NCBI GenBank assembly: GCA_003971905.1
Contig: RSEE01000166.1
Location: 1-64,000 of the forward strand
DNA from: Moniliella sp. 'wahieum'
Taxonomy: Eukaryota
Direction of reading: 5' to 3'
DNA length: 64,000 nt
Position numbers and translations under genes: made by a program. The notes beneath the pieces are model-generated. The model worked only from the letters and a program-made list of their open reading frames with translations, was not told where the DNA came from and ran no database searches. Below, piece after piece: positions 1 through 10,157 of this stretch (the stretch's first letter is position 1; every line of letters begins with the position of its first letter).

Positions 1-1979
1 GGGGAGGAGAGTTATGCCGAGGCGATAGCTCGTACCCGAAGGGGAGAGAGTTATGCGAGGCGATAGCTCGCTACCCGAAGGGGAGAGAGTTATGCCGAGG
101 CGATAGCTCGCTACCCGAAGGGGAGAGAGTTATGCCGAGGCGATAGCTCGCTACCCGAAGGGGAGAGAGTTATGCCGAGGCGATAGCTCGCTACCGAAGG
201 GGAGAGAGTTATGCCGAGGCGAAGCGAGCTACCCGAAGGGGAGAGAGTTATGCCGAGGAGATAGCGAGCTACCCGAAGAGGGGAGAGAGTTATGCCGAGG
301 CGATAGCGAGCTACCCGAAGGGGAGAGAGTTATGCCGAGGCGATAGCGAGCTACCGAAGGAGAGAGAGTTATGCCGAGGCGATAGCGAGCTACCCGAAGG
401 GGAGAGAGTTATGCCGAGGCGATAGCGAGCTACCCGAAGGGGAGAGAGTTATGCCGAGGCGATAGCGAGCTACCGAAGGGGAGAGAGTTATGCCGAGGCG
501 ATAGCGAGCTACCGAAGGGGAGAGAGTTATGCCGAGGCGATAGCGAGCTACCGAAGGGGAGAGAGTTATGCCGAGGCGATAGCGAGCCCGAAGGGGAGAG
601 AGTTATGCCGAGGCGATAGCTCGCTACCCGAAGGGGAGAGAGTTATGCCGAGGCGATAGCTCGCTACCGAAAGGGGAGAGGGAGAGAGTTATGCCGAGGC
701 GATAGCTCGCTACCCGAAGGGGAGAGAGTTATGCCGAGGCGATAGCTCGCTACCCGAAGGGGAGGAGTTATGCCGAGGCGATAGCTCGCTACCCGAAGGG
801 GAGAGAGTTATGCCGAGGCGATAGCTCGCTACCGAAGGGGAGAGGTTATGCCGAGGCGATAGCTCGCTACCGAAGGGGAGAGAGTTATGCCGAGGGTAGA
901 TAGCTCGCTACCCGAAGGGGAGAGAGTTATGCGGAGGCGATAGCTCGCTACCCGAAGGGGGAGAGAGTTATGCGAGGCGATAGCTCGCTACCCGAAGGGG
1001 AGAGAGTTATGCCGAGGCGATAGCTCGCTACCCGAAGGGGAGAGAGTTATGCCGAGGCGATAGCGAGCTACCGAAGGGAGAGAGTTAGCCGACGAGCGAT
1101 AGCTCGCTACCCGAAGGGGAGAGAGTTATGCCGAGGCGATAGCTCGCTACCGAAGGGGAGGAGTTATGCGAGGCGAGCAGTACCCGAAGGGGAGAGAGTT
1201 ATGCCGAGGCGATAGCTCGCTACCGAAGGGGAGAGAGTTATGCCGAGGCGATAGCTCGCTACCCGAAGGGGAGAGAGTTATGCCGAGGCGATAGCTCGCT
1301 ACCCGAAGGGGAGAGAGTTATGCCGAGGCGATAGCTCGCTACCCGAAGGGGAGAGAGTTATGCGAGGCGATAGCTCGCTACCCGAAGGGGAGAGAGTTAT
1401 GCCGAGGCGATAGCTCGCTACCCGAAGGGGAGAGAGTTATGCCGAGGCGATAGCTCGCTACCCGAAGGGGAGAGAGTTATGCCGAGGCGATAGCTCGCTA
1501 CCCGAAGGGGAGAGAGTTATGCCGAGGCGATAGCTCGCTACCGAAGGGGAGAGAGTTATGCCGAGGCGATAGCTCGCTACCCGAAGGGGAGAGAGTTATG
1601 CCGAGGCGATAGCTCGCTACCCGAAGGGGAGAGAGTTATGCCGAGGCGATAGCTCGCTACCCGAAGGGGAGAGAGTTATGCGAGGCGAGATAGCTCGCTA
1701 CCCGAAGGGAGAGAGAGTTATGCCGAGGCGATAGCTCGCTACCCGAAGGGGAGAGAGTTATGCCGAGGCGATAGCTCGCTACCCGAAGGGGAGAGAGTTA
1801 TGCCGAGGCGATAGCTCGCTACCCGAAGGGGAGAGAGTTATGCCGAGGCGATAGCTCGCTACCGAAGGGGAGAGAGTATGCCGAGGCGATAGCTCGCTAC
1901 CCGAAGGGGGAGAGTTATGCCGAGGCGATAGCTCGCTACCCGAAGGGGAGAGAGTTATGCCGAGCGATAGCTCGCTACG
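1..1979. repeat. 40-bp tandem repeat array (~49 units) at the window terminus; candidate telomeric or subtelomeric repeat
   Basis: Unit GGGGAGAGAGTTATGCCGAGGCGATAGCTCGCTACCCGAA repeated head-to-tail with no spacers. Scattered 1-2 nt indels. A variant TAGCGAGCTA replaces TAGCTCGCTA in a block of units. Confidence 0.97.
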
Positions 1980-2042
1980 AAATCGTCCGCTCGTTGCAGC
2001 ATATGGCCTCCGTTTTCGATCCGACGCACCGTTGACAAGTTA

Positions 2043-2083
2043 CACCCACCCATCCCTAACCCTACCCAACCCGACCCACCTAG
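2043..2083 (+). repeat. degenerate C-rich telomere-like repeats (CCCTAA-like)
   Basis: cacccacccatccctaaccctacccaacccgacccaccta contains one exact CCCTAA plus CCCTA/CCCAA/CCCGA/CCCA variants. The C-strand is on +, as expected for a left chromosome end. Confidence 0.55.
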
Positions 2084-2187
2084 ACGGGTGATGACTACGT
2101 CAGAGGTCATCGCTGAGGCTCAACCGGGTCACTCCAAAATCAATATTGATTTTGGACGTCAGGGGGGGGGGGCGATCAATAATTGCC

Positions 2188-2347
2188 TGTCGGCCTCGCT
2201 ACTACCACAGAATGTGAGCACTGAACGTCGTATTGGACTAAGAAGCTTCTGCGACTGACTCGTCCAGAAGACTGGTGCGAGCTCGGAAGGAATGAAAGCT
2301 GACTCACGTGACTCAGGGTCCGCGCGGTCCTAGGACGGATGTCAACA
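2188..2347 (-). repeat. 3' LTR of copia element (160 bp)
   Basis: Matches 7082-7240 except for one A indel near the end (tcaaca vs tcaca). Preceded on the minus strand by a short G-run PPT (gcggggg). Confidence 0.95.
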
Positions 2348-5300
2348 CCCCCGCTGACCGGAGGGCCCAGTCATGTGGACTGGATCCATCTCCTCGACGC
2401 GGAGTTGAGCAAGATGGCTTGTCAGGGCGGGACGGCCGAGAGGCTTGGTGAGGACGTCCGCTGGGTTCCTTTCGCCGGGGATGTGTACAAGTATGGCCTC
2501 GCCCGAGTCCACGTGTTGCCGTACATTGTGGTACCGGATCTTCAGCTCTCGGAGCTTGCCGGTGCTGCCAAATTTGTGGGCGAGATCGACGACAGACTTA
2601 TTGTCGCAATACCAATGAATGGGTGTACCCTCGCCGATGGCCCCAAGCTCGATCATGATGTTCTTGACATAGTTGGCGTCAACCAGTCCATCATATCCTG
2701 CCGTATATTGCGGCGGCGGCGGTACTGGTAACGCTCTTCGGCTGAAGAATGGATCGCCACGACACCGGCACACCGTACACCATCAGTAGGCATCCAGATG
2801 TGGAGCGTGCCTGGATGGGATCTCCCGCCAAGTCGGAATCTGTATACAGCGCAATGGCCGGTGCATCTGATGTTGGGGTCAACCTCAGGCCCTTTCCTCG
2901 AGTATGGTACAGGTAGCGAAGGAAGTCATCGACTGCTTGATGATGCTGCTGCGATGGGTCGGCAGCGGCTCTGCTGAGGGCCGTGATAGCGAAGAGGGAG
3001 TCAGGCCGGCCCATTCGTGCAGCCCACAGTCCCGATCCGATCTTCCCCTGATATGCCTTGCGCAAGGCTGGGAGGGATGGGGGTTCAGGGTCGGCACGGG
3101 GCGGTATCATCCGTACGGGATGTGGGAGAGTCCGGATCCACGGGGCTTTGATGTGGTGCTTTGCCACCACTTCCTCGATGAACTTTGGTTGGCTCAGGTA
3201 CAGCTCCCCACCGATCCGATCGTATTGGCATCCCAGGTGGTAGTGAAGGGGACCGTTACCACGAACATCAATGTGTGTGTTTATCTCGGCCATAAACTCC
3301 TCGTACTTTTGGTGTGACTTGCATGCGAGGAGCAGATCGTCGGTGTGGACCGCCAGGAGGATCTGCTCACCCGGTGGTGCAGCGCGCACGAACAAGCAGG
3401 GCTCGGTCAAGCTTTGCGTGAAGCCGAGCTTGTCACGCAGCAGGTTCCGGATGTATCGTGCCCAGTTTGCTCCGCTCTGATGTAGCCCGTATAGACTCTT
3501 CTTGAGACGCCACACGCGACCACCCGCTTCGGGGAAGTAGGGGGGTGGGCGGATGTAGACTGCTTCTTCGAGGGGGGCGTTCAGGTACGCTGCATTGACG
3601 TCCGCCGAGAAGAGGCCAAACTTATACTTCTCGGCCAGCACGACGAGGGTCAGGATGGCAGGTGTGCGCACCGATGGTGCGAACGTCTGGCCCCAAGTCT
3701 CGGCCGATTGTTGGTGTCCGCCCGCGACAAAGCGCGCGCGGTGGCGCAGGAACCGGCCCTCGGCGTCCGTCTTTGTGGTGATGCGCCATAGTCCTATGAG
3801 GATTTGTGCACCCGGTGGTGGGTACGTAGCCTCGTAGGTGCCGTATCGCGCGAGTGTGGCCACCTCGTCGGCCATAGCCTGCTTGACCATGGCAAAGGAG
3901 GGGTGAGTCTCGAGACCCTTGAGCGTCTTGGGAGCGAGGGGTACGCCATCCTTGGTGAGCTGAACCGTGTCCGGGTGGATGGGTGCGCTGAGAGCAGTCA
4001 TGGCGGCGTATTCGGGAGGTTGAACTGTGTCGGCAAACGGGGGGGCGGATGTGTCAGGTAGGGGGCGGGCGATGCCGATCTCTGGTGCGGCGCAGTGGGG
4101 CGTGGCGGCTGCAGCACGAGCATGGTAGGTCGTGTCGGTGGGGTCGTCAGCGATTGGGAGTGTGTGCAGGTCGAGGGAGGTGCGGGTGGTGCGCTGGCGG
4201 AGGGGGTAGCGGCGCGGAGGGGGGGTGGTGGTGGGGGGGTGTCTGGGGTGTGGCGGCGGTTCGGGGCATGGGTGCTGCCGCGGCTGGCGGAGTAGGGTTA
4301 GCGTCTTTTTCACTGTCGATTTTAATTTGAGGTGATTTGGAGATGTCGGGTGGGAAGTGGTCGGGGTGGAGATGGGGGTAGATGGCGTTGCCCCATTTGT
4401 ACGGTTTCGACCAGCGGTAGGTGAAGGTACCCAGGGATGGTTGGTATGTGGCGAAGAGCCATCCCTTTGATCCGCGCTGATGGTGGTATCCTACCAGCAT
4501 ACCTTCCTCTGCCCGCGCGCTGAGCTTGTGCTCGCGGCGTGACTCGGGCAGATGGAGGTATGCAACGCGGCCAAAGGGTTGCATCGGTAACGAGTATGCG
4601 TGGCCTTTGTATCGCTCAAATCGCGATTTGTTGTCTTCCCCGGATGTTTTGAGTGGCATTTGGTTTTGGGTGAAGCACGCAGCGTGGAGGCTGTGTTCCC
4701 ACCAGTCCGACGTCGGAAGACCTGTACCCAAGAGCAACTGCCTTGCACGAGTCGTTATGGTTCGGATGGCACGCTCAGCCACACCGTTGCTAGCACTCTG
4801 CCCCGGGATTGTCCGTTCTGACGTGATGCCTTGCTCGTCCAGAAAAGGTTGCAGTGCGCTTGTCAATTCGGGGGCGTTGTCCGTGCGCAAAGTCCGCAGC
4901 AGTCTGTCCGGGCCGTAGCGTTGCTCCCGCAATATGAGGTTCCGCAGTTCCTTCGTTGCAGCGCCCTTTGTCGGGATCGCTGTGGTGAAGACGTACCGCG
5001 TGAAGTCATCAACGGCGACGAGGGCGTATCCGTGCCCCATGCCGGTTACCCGGGGGAGGTCTACTACGTCGACGTGGAGGACCTCGAAAGGTCTTTTGGA
5101 TCGGAGGCGGTCCCGGCTCGGATGGGGCGATGCTGTCGCTAGTGCCACCGCGCATGTTGGGCAATCCCACTCTGAACGACAGAGGGAGATATGCTTGGCT
5201 GTGACGCGGAGGCCTGCGGTTTCCGATCGTGTAAGCCAGGGGAGGAGGTCGATGGCTGCGTGGTTCCAGCGTTTGTGGGCTTTAGAGACGTGGTCCAGGG

Positions 5301-5783
5301 CCAGGGATGCTGCGAGGGAGTTTGGGGTTGAGGTGGGTCGGCCGGTTTGATCGGTTTGGTCGCCATGGCCCGCAGGGGTGTGGGTGGCGTTCGCGGGTTG
5401 TGTAAGATCGTGAATTGATAGTCACTGCCGGTTACTTTTCGTAGGGTGGATCCTGGGTTACCAAGCCAGATACCCTTCTGGTGTGGGGCGAAGTATGATG
5501 CGATTCCGGTGTTCGACAGGTGTGCTACACTGACGAGATTTCGGCTGAAACGGGGCATGTATAGGCTGTTGGGGAGTTTTATCTCCATTTGGTGTCCTCC
5601 TAAGCATCGGATACGGATTGTGGCCGTGCCTCGTCCTTCCGCCTTTACATGTGTCCCGTTAGCAACCTCTATCTCGTCGTCGCAAGGGGTCATGGATGTG
5701 AAGACGGATTTGTCTTTCCAAATGGATGGGAATGCCCCACTGTCATATAATGCCCGGATGATTCGCATTTCGCCCCCGAGTTC
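2342..5783 (-). CDS. pol: copia Pol: aspartic protease, integrase, reverse transcriptase, RNase H (frameshifted)
   Basis: PR: LYDSGA...IEVANG...EGRGT...NLVSV. INT: WNH...CPTC, LHVDV, LRTDNAPE, SNGVAER. RT: RARFVAGG, DVNAAYLNA, LKKSLYGLHQSG, VHTDDLL. RNase H: YTDSD, YCDNKS, NPADVLTKPL. The TGA stop overlaps the 3' LTR. Confidence 0.95.
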
Positions 5784-7028
5784 CTAGTAGTCAGCTGTGC
5801 CCGCATCAACGTCAATCACTTCAGACTCGGGAGAGCTCGCTCTCTGAGCGACGTGAGCGTTGGCTCGGCCTGGGTTGCGCGGAGGGACAACAGGTTTATT
5901 AGACGTCGCGCTGCGCCAGGGTTGGTTGGTGCGGTCTTGCCCCTTGGTCTTTGTGTCCGCGAGGTTGTCGTCGCCGGCTTTGCCCCCGCTGGAGTTTTTT
6001 CCCCCGCTGGTGGGTCGTCCCCGCTGTCGGGTCGAGTCCAAGGCGTTCCTCCGTTGACCGGCTTGCCTCCGTTTCTCTTCCTTTCTCCACCGGGATACGT
6101 GGCGGCTGGTATGTCCATCACGGCCTGCCGTAACTTGTCTAGACTCGAGCGCTCTTCACGCTGGCGAATGCTCATGTCGCGTAAGCCGAGTAGGATCCCA
6201 GTGCGTTCCTGCTCTTCCGTAAGTGGGATGCCCGCTCGCGTCAGGCTTGCACTGATCTCTTCCATGTAGTCGAGGTAGTCTCGACCCGATCGGTTTCCTT
6301 GGTCGGCCGAAAAGTAGCGAATGAGTAGAGGCCCTCTGTTTGCGGTAGGCGTATATCCATACCGCTGACGCAGCATGTTCAGCGTGTCCTGGGTGCATGA
6401 TATTTCGTGGTGGGTGCGGATCGTCCGGAAGAGGGTTGACGGCATGGCTTCCCTAAGAAGGTTGTGCAAGCGTCTGTCGAGGTCCTCGGTGAAGTAGCGG
6501 GAGCTGCGACCATTCTGGACGACGTCGCTTGCGTGGGGGTGGGCATCTGTTATCGCGAAGAGAAATTCGTCTTCCCAAGCGCTGTAGGCGGACGGGTCTT
6601 TGTTCAGATCAGGCCACTTGATATTTGGTGGGAGACTCGCGTAGTGATCTGTAAAGGTCGTACTCGGGTCGCGAGGCTGCGCCTGTAGGTGCCCCCAAAG
6701 TTGCGTTGGGTTGAGTTTCCATTTGGTGGATGTTTTGCACCACAAAATTCGTAGCCCGTCGAACCCAGTTTGTCGTGATAGACGTAGGTTCGTCCTTCCA
6801 TCCAAGCCACTCGGCTCTGTCGTGTATAGCTCTGTTGATCTTCTCTTTAACGACATCGATGTCGTTCGTCTTCTTGAACCACAGGTGCGCTTCGGCGCAA
6901 AGCATCATGAGTTCCTCGTTGTCGGTGCCAATCGGTGGCGGATCGCGACCGGTTGGTGTCCAGTAATCGCGCTTGTTCACCATTGTGGTGTCGCTGACCG
7001 AGAGATCGGTGTTAGCGTTGGCGCCCAT
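5784..7028 (-). CDS. gag: copia Gag (split by frameshifts across ORFs 6609-7115, 5816-6856 and 5784-6041)
   Basis: Lies directly after the 5' LTR. Copia-gag-like helical segment AYSAWEDEFLFAI...LNMLRQRYG...YLDYMEEISASLTRAGIPLTEE...ILLGL. Ends at TAG 5784-5786. No CCHC knuckle seen. Confidence 0.8.
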
Positions 7029-7081
7029 GGTTGTGGGTGTAGTTTTGGCCAGCTCAGGATGAGCAGATAAGGATGTAACTC

Positions 7082-7240
7082 TGTCGGCCTCGCTACTACC
7101 ACAGAATGTGAGCACTGAACGTCGTATTGGACTAAGAAGCTTCTGCGACTGACTCGTCCAGAAGACTGGTGCGAGCTCGGAAGGAATGAAAGCTGACTCA
7201 CGTGACTCAGGGTCCGCGCGGTCCTAGGACGGATGTCACA
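7082..7240 (-). repeat. 5' LTR of copia element (159 bp)
   Basis: Direct repeat of 2188-2347, flanked by TSD TTGCC. Confidence 0.95.
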
Positions 7241-8241
7241 TTGCCAGCGCCCAATGATTCAATAACATATGCTAGGGACTACTGCTGTGGGAAGTGGGGG
7301 CTGGAACGGCTGAGACCCAAGTTGGCATGGTCACATCCACCCTGGGTACTATCGGTAGGGATACGCTAGGGTGCCCACGCGACGCAAGACCAGGCGTCAG
7401 ATCGGAGTGAGAGTGGTATCGTTGGAAAGCTACGGCCTGGGGCTATTCAAAAAAACTCACTCCCCCGGTCTGCCAGTCAAAAGTTGTCTCAACCCTGAAT
7501 GGGTGGGGTGGGCATGCCCTTGTAATGACCGGTGACCCATGATGCATGACGGGTGATAGAGTATCACGATCCGCGAAACACACAGCAGATGCTGGACGCA
7601 AGGAGAGGAAACGCGCGCAACTAACCCCGCAGCACTGGGCCAGTGGTCAGAGCCTGCGGCGTTCGCCACGCGCGAATGTACATGCCGACCCATGCTGACC
7701 CCACCGGTCGTCGCTCTTCCGCGGCCGCCGCGACATTCATTTTAATCCTCCGCCTCTTGAGTCTCCAGGTTGGGCGCTGCCGTTGTCGAATGCCATCAAA
7801 TACGGAGTGCCGCGACTTTTCTCCACTGCCACCATAACCCCGAGACCTGACGCATGCTCATCAGTAGGTTGCCATTTGAACTTGTCCTCCAGATCGCCAC
7901 CAGCGGGGTGCTCGACCCGCGCGATCGTCCACCTGTCGTGGTGCAACAAAGGTGCGTCTCCTGGCATACGCACTTCTGTGGAGTGGGCTGGTTCAGCGTC
8001 TGACCCCTTACTTATTGGGGCGGGTAGCTTGGTACGCCGCTTGGAGGGAGATGAACGTGGCATCGAATCGCGTGTCCGGTTGCTTCGTCTGCCTCATTAT
8101 GCTCGAATGGAGCTGGCGGATGCCACGCTGCATGTTGGATTCCACACGCCGTTCCCAGTACATGGAGGGCGCTCGTTGTGGCCGCCGAACTGCTGGAGGA
8201 AGAATTTGGATGGACATTGACCGGCCGCTCAATCGTCGACG

Positions 8242-10157
8242 ATGATCAAGATGTACTTCGCCCAGGGTCCCCGGGTGGTCAACACAGAAGTACCAGAACT
8301 GGTAACTGCAGCAACGATCAACGAATTGGGAAGCGATATATTTTCGGGCCCCACTACCGAATTGAATGAGCTACTTGGATCCTTCCTTCCAGTTCCGACC
8401 AACTGCTGGATGGGGACAGCTACAGTCCCCATGTCCTTTGATGAGATGAAAAGGGGGTTGGATGAATATCGGCCTTCACTTCCGGGCATTTCTTTATGCG
8501 GGGCAGGGTGTCACGCAAAGGAATGTTGTGGACACGCTGGGCTCCAAGTATGTCCTCCTATCCTATCCCCTCTCCTTTTGCTCGCGTATTAGATACCTCG
8601 TGATGGCTGACCATTCACCCTACTAAACCCAAAAAGGAATCTCCCCTAACGGTGTCCAACAAGTTGCGTATACGATTGATCGTTTTCGAGAGATCCTATT
8701 GTTGATTCTCCAGACGGCCGGGCCCAGGACAAATCCTTCAGGACGCTGGTCATCCCCGTAGCGAATGATTCATACGTATTTGCCAAGAAACGGGGTCAAT
8801 GTCCAGATCTTGTGCGTAGATGTCAGCAATGAGGCGCTCTGGTGCCTGATGCTGTGACTCTGCTGACTCTTCTTCTTTCCATCAGACATTTGAGGAAGAC
8901 CAATTATAATTGTCGAGAAGAACGTGTGGTGAAGCTGCAGGCGGCCAACTGGACTCTTGTACGGTGAGAGAGACGGTCGAATTCAAGCTGAATTCCAAAC
9001 TATTGAACTGGCATCCGGACTCGTTCTGCGTCGACGAGCAATGGGTCTATCTATATAAGTGTCCTTCCACCTGGGTTGGGTGGTGGGAGGTGTTCAACCG
9101 CTCTTTTGGCAACACACGTCTCTATTCGTTGGAGGATGTATTGACTCTACAGCGTGACGGTAGCGACATGGTGCATGTCACACATTTCCGCCTGGTCGGT
9201 ACCAGCACACCCGAGGGAAAACCTCGTCTCGAAGCCTATGCCCCCTCTGACAAGCAACCTCAACAATTTCTTCTCTGTTCCTTTGCATTTGGTCGGTGTT
9301 CGAACAGCTGGGCCTTTCTTTTGAGAAGAAGAAACGGAGGCATGGGGGCTGCGTCTAGAGGAGCGGACTCATCGACTGGTTGTCGTCAAGAATTTCGAAA
9401 GCCTCGTTGGCGCGCACCCAAGGACAACGTTGCGTCCCTGGATTTTCACGGGTGGACTTTAAGTTTGGCCCCATGTACCGCCTTACGGACTTGCAGATCC
9501 CGTGGCCCTACCATGATTCGATGACTTTGGCAAATAGGTCATCCGACTGGAGAACAAGATTCATGTTGGATGGTCGAGCTTGCGTTCCCACGAACGCCTA
9601 TGGCTGGCGATATGTCGTGAACCAAGCGGGACATGTGGTTTGCAAGGCGGGTGTGCCTGAGTACTTGGCCCAACATGACACCGTCACGGGTTGTCTGCAG
9701 GTTAATGTACTGGACTGGAAGTACGCACAATCGGCTTCGGACGTACGAGTGATCGGGTTCCCCATTCGTCCGATCCGGGTCGACACGAGCCCACCACTCT
9801 TGGTTGGGAAGGAGCTTCGCGTTCCTGGTCCCCAAACCAGCGCTTCGAACGCCATGTTGCACTACACGATACCCGGTTCCATTTCGTTGGATGTATCTAT
9901 GATGGGACCAACGAGCTTGCTCATCACGTTGGTCTCCATCTGGTCCGACGTAGGGCTAGAAGAAGTGATTCATGATGACTGCAACGAGGCTTGCCCCTTC
10001 AACCATTATGGTGAACTTCCCAACGCCAAGCAGGAAGAGACATTGGGACGGGTATGCCAAGTTGATCGGGCACGGTGACGACTGGCGGAACCCCAAGGCA
10101 GTCGCCTTCATTTGGATTGGGGACGACGCGCACGCGAATGTGTTGAAAGCACACTGA
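8242..10157 (+). CDS. hypothetical multi-exon subtelomeric gene or pseudogene of unknown function
   Basis: Chain of same-strand, protein-like ORFs (8242-8592, 8910-9524, 9380-10078, 9972-10157). GTATGT...TAG intron-like segment at ~8548-8592 and a CTGAC...CAG acceptor at ~8885. No motif recognised. Confidence 0.4.

Larger units (their letters stand above)
2188..7240 (-). mobile_element. full-length Ty1/copia LTR retrotransposon
   Basis: TG...CA LTRs at 2188-2347 and 7082-7240. 5-bp TSD TTGCC at 2183-2187 and 7241-7245. Domain order gag-PR-INT-RT-RNaseH on the minus strand is diagnostic of copia. Confidence 0.97.

Noticed and set aside
1..1979. CRISPR array
   Set aside because: Units are contiguous with no unique spacers, there are no cas genes, and the context is eukaryotic.
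7737..8063. Chromodomain-like ORF (WTIARV...KFKW)
   Set aside because: Resemblance too weak; aromatic cage residues and spacing are not convincing.
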